A DNA stretch of 64,000 nucleotides. Source: Cyanophora paradoxa CCMP329 (lineage: Eukaryota; Plantae; Glaucophyta). The position numbers and the translations under genes are program-made. The stretch's first letter is position 1, and each line of letters opens with the position of its first letter. The notes under the pieces were generated by a model. It was given only the letters and a program-made list of their open reading frames with translations. It ran no database searches and was not told where the DNA came from. The stretch covers positions 186,001-250,000 of the forward strand of contig QPMI01000432.1 of NCBI GenBank assembly GCA_004431415.1, given 5' to 3'. Positions 24,095-35,602 of the stretch are shown here, piece after piece.

Positions 24095-25564
24095 TTAATT
24101 CGAGAAGTGGGAGTTTCGGGGGCGGGCCCAGTCGGCGGCGAGGTCCGCCACGTCCCCCGCGGGGAGCCCCGGGGCCCGCTCCGCCAGGCGCGCCGCCAGC
24201 TCCGCCGGCTTCGGCGCCCCCGTACCCCCCGCGACGGCGAGCGCGATGCAGTTCGTCGTGCCGTACGGCCGCCGCACGAGCGCGGGGCCCACCGCCGCCT
24301 CGAACGCCGCCAGCGCCCGCTTGCACTCCGGCACCGTCCCGTCCCCTGCCCCCGCGCCGCCGCCCCGGCGCCGAGTCACGTCGGAACCTCGGAAAAGACG
24401 GGGGTTACGGGATTTCTGGGGGGTACCGAGGTTGGCGGCGACGACGGCGCCCGGGGGGAGGAGGTACCGGAGGCCCCGCCACGTCTCCACCTCCTCCAAC
24501 GCGGGCAGCAGCTGCGATCGAATTCGAATCGAATCGAATCAGCGACCAAATGTTTTGAAATTCGAAAATGAGAGCGGACGCGGCCGGAGGCGAAGAGGTC
24601 GACGAGGAGGGCGCCGAACTGGAGGCCGCCGGCCTGCCGGGCGACGAGGCCGGCGTCCGTCGCGTCCCCCTGGTGGTACTTCACCCGCCCCGCCGCCATC
24701 GCCTCCCCGAGCCCGAAGAACGAGTCTGGGGAGGGGAAACGCGAGTGAGACGAAGAAGAAGTAGCTTCGAGGCCCGCGGCGCGCGCGCCTGCGATCATGG
24801 CGAGCGAGCCGTCGAGCTCCCAGCCGTGGATGGCCACGTCGCCGTAGACGGCGCGCAGCGCGCGCGCCAGCGTGCCGGCGCCCATGCCCAGCACCGCCAC
24901 GGGCTTCTCCGCGTCCCCGAGGGCCGCCGCCGCCACGAGCGCGTCGTAGTAGCCGCCCGTGAGCGTCGCTTCCGGGTGGTACCACGACTGCAGGTTCATG
25001 GAGGCGTCCAGGAAGAGGACGCGTGAGCTGCGCGCGCGAAGGGGGGGCGCGCAGGGCGCTCGATCGATCAGGCACAGCGAGCCCGGGCCCGGCGCCTCGC
25101 CCCGCGCGAGTCGCCGGCTGCAGGGCGGGTCCGGGTCGCACCCGTCTTTGGTTTCCCAGAGCTGCACGTTGTTGTAAAGCGTATCCATCATCCAGAGGAG
25201 CTCGTCCTTCTTGGGGTCGAACTTGACCGACAGGCAGCTCGGGCGCTCCTTCCCCGCCCCGCCCGCTGCGGCGCTTGCCTCGCACCGCACGATGAACCTC
25301 GGGGTCGCCGCGGCATCGGCCGGCGCCCAGATCCTCCCGCAGCTCCTGCTGCTGCTGCCCGCCTCGAACGCGCACGCTGGGCGGAGTCTCGCAACGCGCG
25401 CCGATCTCGGTGCCATCGAGACGCTTGCGTGGAGCAGTGTCGGCTGGCCCTGTGGCCTCGCCGCGACGCCCGCGGGCAAAGCTGCGCGGATCCTAGATCG
25501 TCAGCGCGCGAGCGGGGCGGTCGGCCGGCACAGCAAGCAATCGAAAGGCACCGAATGCGAGCAT
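24095..25564 (-). CDS. Spermidine-synthase-like class I SAM-dependent methyltransferase with putative plastid transit peptide
   Basis: MLAF|ALPAGVAAR... transit-like N-terminus; RVLFLDASMNLQS, TGGYYD, VAVLGMGAGTLA, GWELD, LLVDLF, PGAVVAAN. Resembles the plant plastid family I recall as At5g63100-like. Confidence 0.8.
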
Positions 25565-25787
25565 CGAAACTGTGCTGGGGGCTCAAACGGAGAGCTGGCC
25601 GGCCAGGATGATATGCTGCACCCCCCTCTCCTCCCCCCCCTTCTTCGAGCGTTCGCCGCTCGGAGCCGTTCGGATCGGAGCCGCCAGCACATTCGACGAG
25701 AGAGCACTCTGTAACGTTTATTGGCACTTTTCTCAGCCTTTCCAGCCAGCCAGCACGACAGCGTCAGCACACCAGCGCGCCGAACGC

Positions 25788-26177
25788 ATGGAGGAGGTCT
25801 TGCAGTCGATCGGGGCTGCTGCGCTCGAGTGCTGCTCGCGGCCATGCATCGCGGAGCAGGCCTCGCCTGAAAACGAGCGGCCTGCGCCGCGCCCGCCGCC
25901 GCCAGACGAGGACAACGAGTACGTCGTGCTGCGGACGCAGGACGGTGCGCGCTGGTTGATGCTGCGAGCCGTCCGCATTCTTGCGATTAGCTGGTCGCTT
26001 ACCGCCGCGCGCTGCCCAGACTGCGAGTTCATGGTTAGTCTGAGCGTCGCGAAGATGAGCGGGACACTCGAGCGGATGCTGCGGCGGGGCCCCTCCGGGG
26101 CGCAGTTCAAGGAAGCAGGCGCGGTCATCACGCTGATCAACTCCGTCCCAACGGCGAGCTCGCACGCCGACAACTAG
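25788..26177 (+). CDS. Elongin-C/SKP1-like POZ N-terminal fragment
   Basis: EYVVLRTQD|DCEFMVSLSVAKMSGTLERMLRRGPSGAQFKEAGAVITL matches the first half of Elongin C; the C-terminal helices were not found. Confidence 0.6.
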   Translation: MEEVLQSIGAAALECCSRPCIAEQASPENERPAPRPPPPDEDNEYVVLRTQDGARWLMLRAVRILAISWSLTAARCPDCEFMVSLSVAKMSGTLERMLRRGPSGAQFKEAGAVITLINSVPTASSHADN

Positions 26178-26321
26178 ATCCAGAGTAGAGCAGCAGATAT
26201 AGGTAGGGCAGCGTGTACAATAGCTATTCCTTTAAGTTACGAACAGGGCTTATAATTAGCTACGGTGAGGTTGCATCGCACGCCGGCGGGCTCGGCGGGA
26301 CCGGCGCCGGCGCGGGGTCGG

Positions 26322-27679
26322 TCAGCGGAGGGCGGCGCGGGGCTCGGGCCGCCCCACGCCCACGCCGGCGGCCGCGGGCGGGGCGACCTCGATCTCCTCG
26401 GCGTACGCGTGCTCCTCCGTGCCCGCCTCCAGCTCCGGCGCCTCCTCCGCCTCGGCGGGGCTCCACCCGGCGGCGGCGGCTGCAGGCGAGGCGGGAACCG
26501 AATCCGAAGCCGGATCCGCGCCGGCGGCCGGGGCGGGCGGCTTGGCCTCCATCGCGGCGGCGCGGGCGCGCCACTCGGCGTCGATGCGGATCGCCATCTC
26601 GTGGCTCTTCCGCAGCGCGTCCTGCACGCGCCTCCCTCGGATCAGATTCGATTCTAAATCCAGGAGAGGCGCGGCTGGCAGACCTGCAGAGAGGCGGCCA
26701 GGAAGTCACTCGGCACGCGGAGCGCCGCCAGCTCGCGCTTCAGGCACTCCACCTGAACCCGCAGCCTAAACGGCGGTCAGAGGAGGCCGCGCGGGCCGGG
26801 GCAGCGGGCGGCGCGCCTGCAGTTCTCGCTGCGCAGCCGCTCGCGCTCGGCGCAGGCAGCGGCGGAGGCGGCGACAAAGCCGTCCGCGAAGCCGGCGCCG
26901 GAGCCGGGCTCCTCGGCCGAGGCCAGCCCGGGCTCGCTCTGCTGCTGCTGCATGCGGAGGAGGGCGATGCGCGGGTCGAGCTCCGCCGGCGGCTCCGGGC
27001 CGGGGCCACCGGCGCGGCCCCGCAGACCTCCGCCGGCACGGCCGCCGGGTCCCCGTAGAGGCGCCGGAGGAAGGCCCGCGCCACGCCGGCCTTCGCCCGC
27101 GCGAGGCACCTGCACGCCGTGCCGCGGGCCGCGTCAGAGCCGGGTCGGCGCGGCGCGGGCTCTGCTCGGCACACGCACCGCATCCAGTCGGCGAAGACCT
27201 GGCGGCCCTGCGCGCGCAGCTCGCGGCGCCGGCGGGTGTCGTCCGCCGTGCGGAGGGCGGAGATCCAGGCGTCGCGGGCCTTCAGGAACTGCTCCATCCC
27301 GCGCTGCAGCAGAGCCAGCGCCTCGTCCTCCTCGACGCCCAAGCTCGAATAGTTCCTCGCCGACATCGCCACGCGCTGCAGCAGCTGCGCGGGATGTGGT
27401 TTTCGGGCCGGGCGCGGGGCAGCTGCATGCGCAGGACGGGCTTGCCGACCTTCATGTCCGCAGCCGCGTGCTGCTCGAACGGCCATCGCGCTAGTTAGCA
27501 AGGGCAGGATTCGCAGTTTGGGGGCGGCAGGGCCGGCGAACCATGTCGTTCAACATGTACTTCCCGGCCCAGGTCGGCTGCCCGTCCTCCGCTGCGGTGC
27601 AGCGGTCGCAGAATGGAAGCGCCACGAACTTGTCACCGTCCTGCACGGCCTCGAGGAGCGTGCGGCGGACGCGGTCCAT
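26322..27679 (-). CDS. Hypothetical coiled-coil protein, spliced
   Basis: Exons MDRVRRTLLEAVQDGDKFVALPFCDRC..., LLQRVAMSARNY...FADWMR, VECLKRELAALR, VQDALRKSHEMAIRIDAEW with GT/GC-AG borders. Confidence 0.6.
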
Positions 27680-28253
27680 GGCGGGTCGCGGCGGGCGCGG
27701 GAGCGGGAGCGCAAAGCTTTCAGCGCGGCGGCAATGACGAGCTGCGCGGGGAGCTCGCCGAGGGCTGGTAAAGACCGAAGAGTTGGGCCGAATTGGGGAG
27801 ACTTCTCTCTACCCCGGTCGCCAGAAGAACTTGCGGGAGGACGAGATCTCAGCTGACGTCGTCACGCTTCCTACCGGTAGGGCGTCGGGTCGCTGCCGGT
27901 CGAGTCCCCTGTTCGGAACGAAGCTTCAAAAGCCTCCCGGCGCTGCCGGGCTTGAGCGCTAGCACGCGCGGCGCGAATCGGCGCACCCCAACCTCCGGCC
28001 TTTGATCTCGTCGCCGAGGTGCTCATCGTCTCCGAGTTCCGGAGTTCATCGATCATCGTACGCGTATACGTAGGCTTTCTCCTGCTGAAGAGATCAGCGA
28101 GCCTCGAGCGCGACTGACGGTGCCCTAGGGGAGGATTCCTGTGAAGGGAGAGACAGCGCCTGGCATTCTTTCAGCTTTGGGAGAGCACATTCTATCGGCG
28201 AACACCTTGGCGACGAGTAGCGCAGCGTCGCTCTCTGAGAGCGTTCTGGCGCG

Positions 28254-30445
28254 ATGACGAACAAGTACGACTACAGCCACATGGTCCGCGAGTGCCATGC
28301 GTCCGACCTGGAGCTCGACGAGGTCGGAGCGGGCAAGCTACGCGCGAAATGCTCCATGAAGATGGACGAGCGAACCCGGGCGGAGCTCGGTGTGCGGTGC
28401 ATCGATCGCATCGAGGAGCTGGTGCGCACGCCTCTCCCTCGCGCTTTCCCGTTCCCGTGAAGATCAAGAAAGCTCCAGCACGCTCTCGCTGACGCTCCCG
28501 CCGCGCAGTACGAGCTGCGTGAAGCGCTGGCGCGTCCCTTGCGGTTCCCCCTTCCGAAGTTCCTTGACTCTCCCGTCCCCTTGACGCCCTGCGCAGGGGC
28601 GCGGAGGGAGCTCTACTGTGTATCTCGCTTTCGACCGCGCGACGGGAGAGCGCTGCGCCGTGAAGATGGTGCGCCCGCGAAGCGACAAGTCCGAGCGCAT
28701 ATGCATCCCGCGAAGCGACGAGGCCGTGCGCATGCGATCGCAGGTGAACGCCGCGGTGTTCGAGCAGAGGCCTGAGCCGATCATAAAGGAGCTGCGATGC
28801 ATGCGGCGGCTCCGCCACCCCAGTATCATCCAGCTGCGCGAGGTGGCCGACACAGTGGAAGGCCCGGCCATCGTCCTCGAGCTCGGTCCGCGCACGCGTG
28901 GCGCATGCGCCTGCGCTCGCGAGTTCGATCCACCGCTGACCCGCGCCGGGCAGCCGAGGGGGGCGACCTCTTCGAGCGAATCCTCGCCTGCGGCGGCCGC
29001 ATGCCGGAGGCGGAGTGCGCGCGGACCGTCCGGCAGATCGCCGGCGCCCTCTGCCACATGCACGCGCAGGCGAGCGCTCCCGCCGCCTTCGCCGCCGCGC
29101 CCCCGCTCCTTCCCGACGCGGCCGCGAGCGCAGGGCATCGCGCACTGCGACCTGAAGCCGGAGAACTTCCTCTTCGTCTCGAAGGAGAGGGGCTCGCCCA
29201 TCAAGCTGGCGGACTTCGGGCTGGTGCACTTCACCCGCGAGGAGCGGGAGGAGGCGGCGCAGAAGCCGCGGCGGCGCGAGGCGCTCGCCGGCACGCCCGA
29301 GTACGTGGCGCCCGAGGTCATCACGGAGCGGGACTACGCGCCGCCGGCCGACATGTGGTCCCTGGGCGTCATCGTCTACATCCTGTGCGCCCCGGCCCCG
29401 CGCCCTTGAGCTTCCTCCCCGCGCATTAGTGAACATTTGATCTGACGTCTCGATCCCGCGCCGCGCACGCAGGCTCTGCGGCTACTTCGTGCGCGCCGCC
29501 CCGCGTCGCCCGCGCCCCGCCTCCGCGCCCGGCGCCTCACGCGCGACCTCGCTCTCGCTCGGCAGCCGTTCTACGGGGAAACTCTCTTCCAGGTCTTCGC
29601 GCGGGTGCAGAGCGGCACGTACGACTTCCCCGAGGAGGAGTGGGCCTCCATCTCCCCCGCCGGTCCGCCCGCCCCGCCTCGCCCCTGCCCCTTCTTCGCT
29701 CCGCGCGCGCGCTCAGGCGTGCGCGCGCGCGCCCGACCGCAGCGGTGGAGGTGGTGCGGGCGCTGCTGACGGTGGACCCGGCGAAGCGGATGACGGCCGA
29801 GCAGCTGCTCGCGCACCCCTGGATCCCCTCCGCCGAGGCCTGTGAGGCCGCCGCCGCCGCCGCCGCAGCCGCCGCTCTGCCCTCCCCGGCCCGCCCGGGG
29901 CCCCCCGCCGCCGCCGCCTCGGCTTTGCCTCCTGCCGGCCCCTCGCAGGCGCGCCGCCGCTTCCGGCGGGCGGTGCTCACGGCGGCCGCCGCGGTCGCCT
30001 TCCGGCGCGGGGCGCGCCCCGCGGCGCGGACGCGCACGATGTCGGAGAGCGCGCTCTGCTCGATGGCGGCCTGCGGGGGCGGCGGTGCGGCGGGAAGCGG
30101 TGCGGGGCGGGGGCGCTGGAGCCGGGGGCCCTGTGGGCCCTCGAGGAGGAGGACGGGCAGGGCGAGGACGGCTCCGGTGGGCCGCCCCGCAAGCGCCGCT
30201 CCGTCTCGTGCAACTGCCTCCCCACCGCGGAGCGCGCCTCCCTCTCCTCCTCCTCCCCCCCCTCTTCGGCGTCCTCGGCGTCGCCCCTCTGCATCGCGGC
30301 CCTCCAGCTGTGCGCCTCCCGCGGGCCGGGCGCCGCCCCGGCGGCTGCGGCTGCGGCGGCGGCTGTGGAGGCGGGGAAGCCGCCGCGGAGCGCGTCGCGA
30401 GGGTCGATGGACCTCGACGCGTGGGACGACAGCGTCTACGGCTGA
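28254..30445 (+). CDS. CAMK-group Ser/Thr protein kinase (CaMKI-like) with CaM-binding-like tail
   Basis: GRGGSSTVY, CAVK, HCDLKPEN, LADFG, AGTPEYVAPE, DMWSLGVI, KRMTAEQLLAHPWI, followed by ARRRFRRAV. Confidence 0.92.
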
Positions 30446-30505
30446 GGCGGGGGCTGCGGGCCGCCCGAGCCCGCCCCAGCCCGAAGGAGAAGCCCGATCC
30501 CCACC

Positions 30506-30539
30506 CCACTCCACTCCACTCCACTCCACTCCACTCCAC
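30506..30539. repeat. (CCACT)n microsatellite
   Basis: About 6.8 perfect units 3' of the kinase. Confidence 0.95.
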
Positions 30540-31466
30540 GTTGCCGGGTTGCACATTGGCGCGCATCCGATCCCCCGCCCTGTATACGCAGCGCTGCGCC
30601 CCAGCTCCTTTCGATCAGCAGCAGCTGCTCCTCTAGTCCTGATCATGAGTTGTTTGTTTGTTGGGTGCGATCCCGTAGCTATATAGTCCTAGTCTGGGTT
30701 TGAGGCAAGTCTGTATGTGGCCATGGTCTATTAGGGCTGGGCAGCTTCGTCTCCATGCTTTTTTTCATTCCCTATGCATTGCATAATGACCATCATCTCA
30801 TGGCACAGTACAGTAGCAGCATATCAACCGTCGAACGCTGTAATTGACCGTAGAACCGTGCAGCCGTTTTCATCGTTGCAATTGGCCGACCCCTCTCAGA
30901 GTCTGGGAGTCGCGGCAGATCTAGATCTAGAGCGCTAGCGCGATTTAATTCCAGATTACTAAAGTTACGTTTTAAACTACTTGAATTCGGACTAAACTTC
31001 GTAAAGATATCAGTGCAGTTGCACAGCCATATATAGAATTCGAATACCGCAGTACTAGTACTTGCAGTGTAGCTATAGTAGTGCACGTGCCACGGTGTAC
31101 CAGTGTACGTGAATGCATCGTACCATCATAGCATTGTCACGGCGTCACACAGCGTGGCACAGAGCCTGAGAGCGTCCCTTGCCGATCGATATCGTAGGTC
31201 ACTGAGTCGAGCGTGATCATGATCACGGGGTTTGCTACATAGTAGATTAACCCATGTTCCCCTTGGAAGAAAATTCCGTTTAGTACTACGGCAGACTCAA
31301 ACTGCCAGCATTGAGAGCGGTGCGAACAGTCAAAGTCACTGACTGGACTGTGCTCCATGGGTGGTCCAGCCTGGGCTGCCAACAGTCGTGCCAGCATGTT
31401 TGGTAAGTGGGGAACTTGTGAATCGCAGGCCAGTGGTTGAGTTGTCGCTCTCATTGGTATACTCAA

Positions 31467-34400
31467 TTCGATATGCACTTGAAGGCTGCCAGTGCTGCCT
31501 TGACTCACTGTGGTCACTGAGACAGGCTCCACATGAGAAGGAAAAGTCACTGAGTGATGTATGACTCTGTGACTTCTTAAAAAAAGTAGCGGCAGCCGCT
31601 GCCCTTGCCAGTGAGCTTGGAAGTATGAAGTGGGAAGATCTGCCACAGAGTGGAGTTTTGTGGCTGAAATTGGGTATCCGGCAGTTCTGTCAATGGAAAG
31701 TCCCTTTTTTTCCTTTTTTCTTCCTGAAGTGCTGTGGTGCACTTGATTGCTCAGTGCGGATTCAGAACCGGTTCGATTCTTGGCAAACAATAAATAATAC
31801 ATTAAACATCTTGGCATGTACAACAAAAAGAAAAGCATATGTTCCACAATGTACAAACAACAAAACAAGACAAAAAACAAAAAACACAACACTAACACAA
31901 CGTTCACACATTCACAACAAACAAAACAGAAACTTGCCAAATTGAAATTGAAGAGATTGTACTTGCATTGTTTGTTTAACATCTAGATCAGTGGCATCTA
32001 GATCTTTACATTGATCATGATGCATGCATTATTCATCATGGCATCATTGCATGCATAAAATATTGTTGCATGTTACATGCATGAAATGAAATGATCAATG
32101 ATTGACTTGTTCATGATCAATTCTTCTACAACCTTGCCAGGTTGTTTTTGCCAAGTTGTCAATTGAAGTGTTCAATTCTTAAGCTTCTTGCAATTGTTCA
32201 TGATCAGTGCCGCAATGTGTTGCCAGGCTAGATAGCTGGCAAGGTGGTGTATTGGGGGTACAGGCAGACTGAGGTACAGGGGTACAAAGCTACAGGGACT
32301 TCGACAGTATATCACTGCTGCAATACATGGTAACGTTCAAGCTTCTTGCCCACTTTCCTGCTAAGGATTGCCCTTGCTTTGCCAGCCATGGCCAGTATTT
32401 AACACCAAAACTCGATGTTCGATGACAGATCTAGAACATAAATGATCAAAACTTTGAAATACATATACATTGCATGTGCTTCTTTTGTATTGTTTTGTGA
32501 TCACTTCATTGTTTCTGGATCTGTTCTGAAATGCTCTCTTCTTCAGTGCTTCAGCTTCATTTTCGTTCTTTGTAATACGATTGATCATGAACCACAAGAG
32601 ATTCATGTGTGCAATTTCAAACTTCTTGCAATTGCTCAGTGCTTTAGCTCTTCTTCTCATCTTCCTGGCTAAAGCTATATATAGCTAAGAATATCAAATC
32701 GCCCTTTAATTTCTTTGCCAGCCAAGAATTAAACACCAATTGCAAAGCACTGTGTTTCATGACAAACCATAAATGATGAAGCCTCGCTTTGGACTACATT
32801 GCATCTCGTGCATTGTTTCCAGATTACATGATCAGTGTTTAATTTCTACATCTTCCATGCACTCAGATCTGTGTTCTTTATGTTCGGTGCTTCAGCTTCT
32901 TCTGTTCTGTCTTTACAACTTTAGTACTTCATTCTCATTCTTTGTTCAATTAATAAGTAGTAGTAGTAGAAGTAGTACATAGAAGAAGAAGAATAGACCA
33001 CAAGAAATCAAAGACTCCTAAATATATATAACACTGGGGGGGTGCGGGGGGGCGGAGCCCCCCTGCTTGTTCGATATGCACTTGAAGGCTGCCAGTGCTG
33101 CCTTGACTCACTGTGGTCACTGAGACAGGCTCCACATGAGAAGGAAAAGTCACTGAGTGATGTATGACTCTGTGACTTCTTAAAAAAAGTAGCGGCAGCC
33201 GCTGCCCTTGCCAGTGAGCTTGGAAGTATGAAGTGGGAAGATCTGCCACAGAGTGGAGTTTTGTGGCTGAAATTGGGTATCCGGCAGTTCTGTCAATGGA
33301 AAGTCCCTTTTTTTCCTTTTTTCTTCCTGAAGTGCTGTGGTGCACTTGATTGCTCAGTGCGGATTCAGAACCGGTTCGATTCTTGGCAAACAATAAATAA
33401 TACATTAAACATCTTGGCATGTACAACAAAAAGAAAAGCATATGTTCCACAATGTACAAACAACAAAACAAGACAAAAAACAAAAAACACAACACTAACA
33501 CAACGTTCACACATTCACAACAAACAAAACAGAAACTTGCCAAATTGAAATTGAAGAGATTGTACTTGCATTGTTTGTTTAACATCTAGATCAGTGGCAT
33601 CTAGATCTTTACATTGATCATGATGCATGCATTATTCATCATGGCATCATTGCATGCATAAAATATTGTTGCATGTTACATGCATGAAATGAAATGATCA
33701 ATGATTGACTTGTTCATGATCAATTCTTCTACAACCTTGCCAGGTTGTTTTTGCCAAGTTGTCAATTGAAGTGTTCAATTCTTAAGCTTCTTGCAATTGT
33801 TCATGATCAGTGCCGCAATGTGTTGCCAGGCTAGATAGCTGGCAAGGTGGTGTATTGGGGGTACAGGCAGACTGAGGTACAGGGGTACAAAGCTACAGGG
33901 ACTTCGACAGTATATCACTGCTGCAATACATGGTAACGTTCAAGCTTCTTGCCCACTTTCCTGCTAAGGATTGCCCTTGCTTTGCCAGCCATGGCCAGTA
34001 TTTAACACCAAAACTCGATGTTCGATGACAGATCTAGAACATAAATGATCAAAACTTTGAAATACATATACATTGCATGTGCTTCTTTTGTATTGTTTTG
34101 TGATCACTTCATTGTTTCTGGATCTGTTCTGAAATGCTCTCTTCTTCAGTGCTTCAGCTTCATTTTCGTTCTTTGTAATACGATTGATCATGAACCACAA
34201 GAGATTCATGTGTGCAATTTCAAACTTCTTGCAATTGCTCAGTGCTTTAGCTCTTCTTCTCATCTTCCTGGCTAAAGCTATATATAGCTAAGAATATCAA
34301 ATCGCCCTTTAATTTCTTTGCCAGCCAAGAATTAAACACCAATTGCAAAGCACTGTGTTTCATGACAAACCATAAATGATGAAGCCTCGCTTTGGACTAC

Positions 34401-34672
34401 ATTGCATCTCGTGCATTGTTTCCAGATTACATGATCAGTGTTTAATTTCTACATCTTCCATGCACTCAGATCTGTGTTCTTTATGTTCGGTGCTTCAGCT
34501 TCTTCTGTTCTGTCTTTACAACTTTAGTACTTCATTCTCATTCTTTGTTCAATTAATAAGTAGTAGTAGTAGAAGTAGTACATAGAAGAAGAAGAATAGA
34601 CCACAAGAAATCAAAGACTCCTAAATATATATAACACTGGGGGGGTGCGGGGGGGCGGAGCCCCCCTGCTTG
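31467..34672 (+). mobile_element. Head-to-tail dimer of a 1603-bp AT-rich non-autonomous Helitron-like unit
   Basis: Copies 31467-33069 and 33070-34672 appear identical. Each starts TT and ends with the hairpin GCGGGGGGGCGGAGCCCCCCTGC plus TTG (3' CTTG). Flanks are A|...|T with no TSD. Confidence 0.65.
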
Positions 34673-35196
34673 TACTTCAAAGCTTTGCCAAGTTGAAGGC
34701 CCTGATCATGAGCTCGAGGCTCTGGGCTCAGCCGCCTCAGCGGCTAGCGCTAGCGACGTGGCGCTTATAAAATTAATGCATGTCAAAGTATGACGCACTG
34801 CGGCATGCAAATTACAAGTTAAATGGCCCCCACAACACAATGATTCAAGATTCAATGATTCTCAGACCGTCGGACCCTGAGACTGCAGCGGAGCTCGATC
34901 CGAGGCTCGATCGCGAGAGTCTTCATCATGGCATGCAAATGGATTCTCAGTTGCTGATCGATATCACGAGACTGAGGGCTCGAGTCCGGCGAGTGGCCCG
35001 GCGGCCACGTGCACGGCCAAAAATTTAAAATGCATGCAGCCCATGGCCAGCGATTGCCCGATTTCGAGTTCAGAGTTCATTGCATTGACCCGAATCAAAG
35101 CGAAGCATCGAACGAAGCCGCCTGAGCGCAAGGCCCAAGGCCTACAAGAGCTCGGAAGCGCCGCGCGCGCATGGCCATGGGGCGCCCACGGCCGGG

Positions 35197-35562
35197 CTAG
35201 TCGTCGTCGGAGAGGTCGTCGAGGGCGAGGTCCCGCACCTGCCGCCCCGCCCCAGATCAGCCCCAGACGCGGACAAGGCAGCCGAGGCCGAGGAAGGGGG
35301 CCTAAGCCTGCTTGAGCTTGCTCCAAGGCCTCCTCCGCCTCCCCTAGGGGCCGGGGCGGGCCCCCCCGCGCACCTCGTCCTCCGAGCCACCCGAGTCCGA
35401 CCCCGCCTCCCTCCGCCCCTTCTTCTTCTTCGCCTTCTCCTTCGCCCCGCCCGGCGCCGCCTTCTTGCCCTTCTCATCCCCCCCCTTCTTCTTGGCCCCC
35501 GCCGCCTCCTTCTTCGGCTGCGGCCTCGCTGGCTCCTCCTCGCTCCCCTCCTCCTCGTCGTC

Positions 35563-35602
<40 letters not shown>

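Noticed and set aside
29140-29170. HCD instead of HRD in the kinase catalytic loop as a pseudokinase sign
   Set aside because: The catalytic Asp, Lys, DFG and APE are intact, and HCD occurs in active kinases.
13170-30100. Apparent frameshifts in CFAP77 (~13175), RBR (~19500, ~19805), the hypothetical gene (~27000) and the kinase tail (~30080) as programmed frameshifting
   Set aside because: All lie in G/C runs with no slippery-site pattern; long-read indel errors are the simpler explanation.
31137-34585. ORFs inside the 1603-bp units as real genes
   Set aside because: Low-complexity AT-rich translations with no Rep or helicase motifs and codon usage unlike the host genes.
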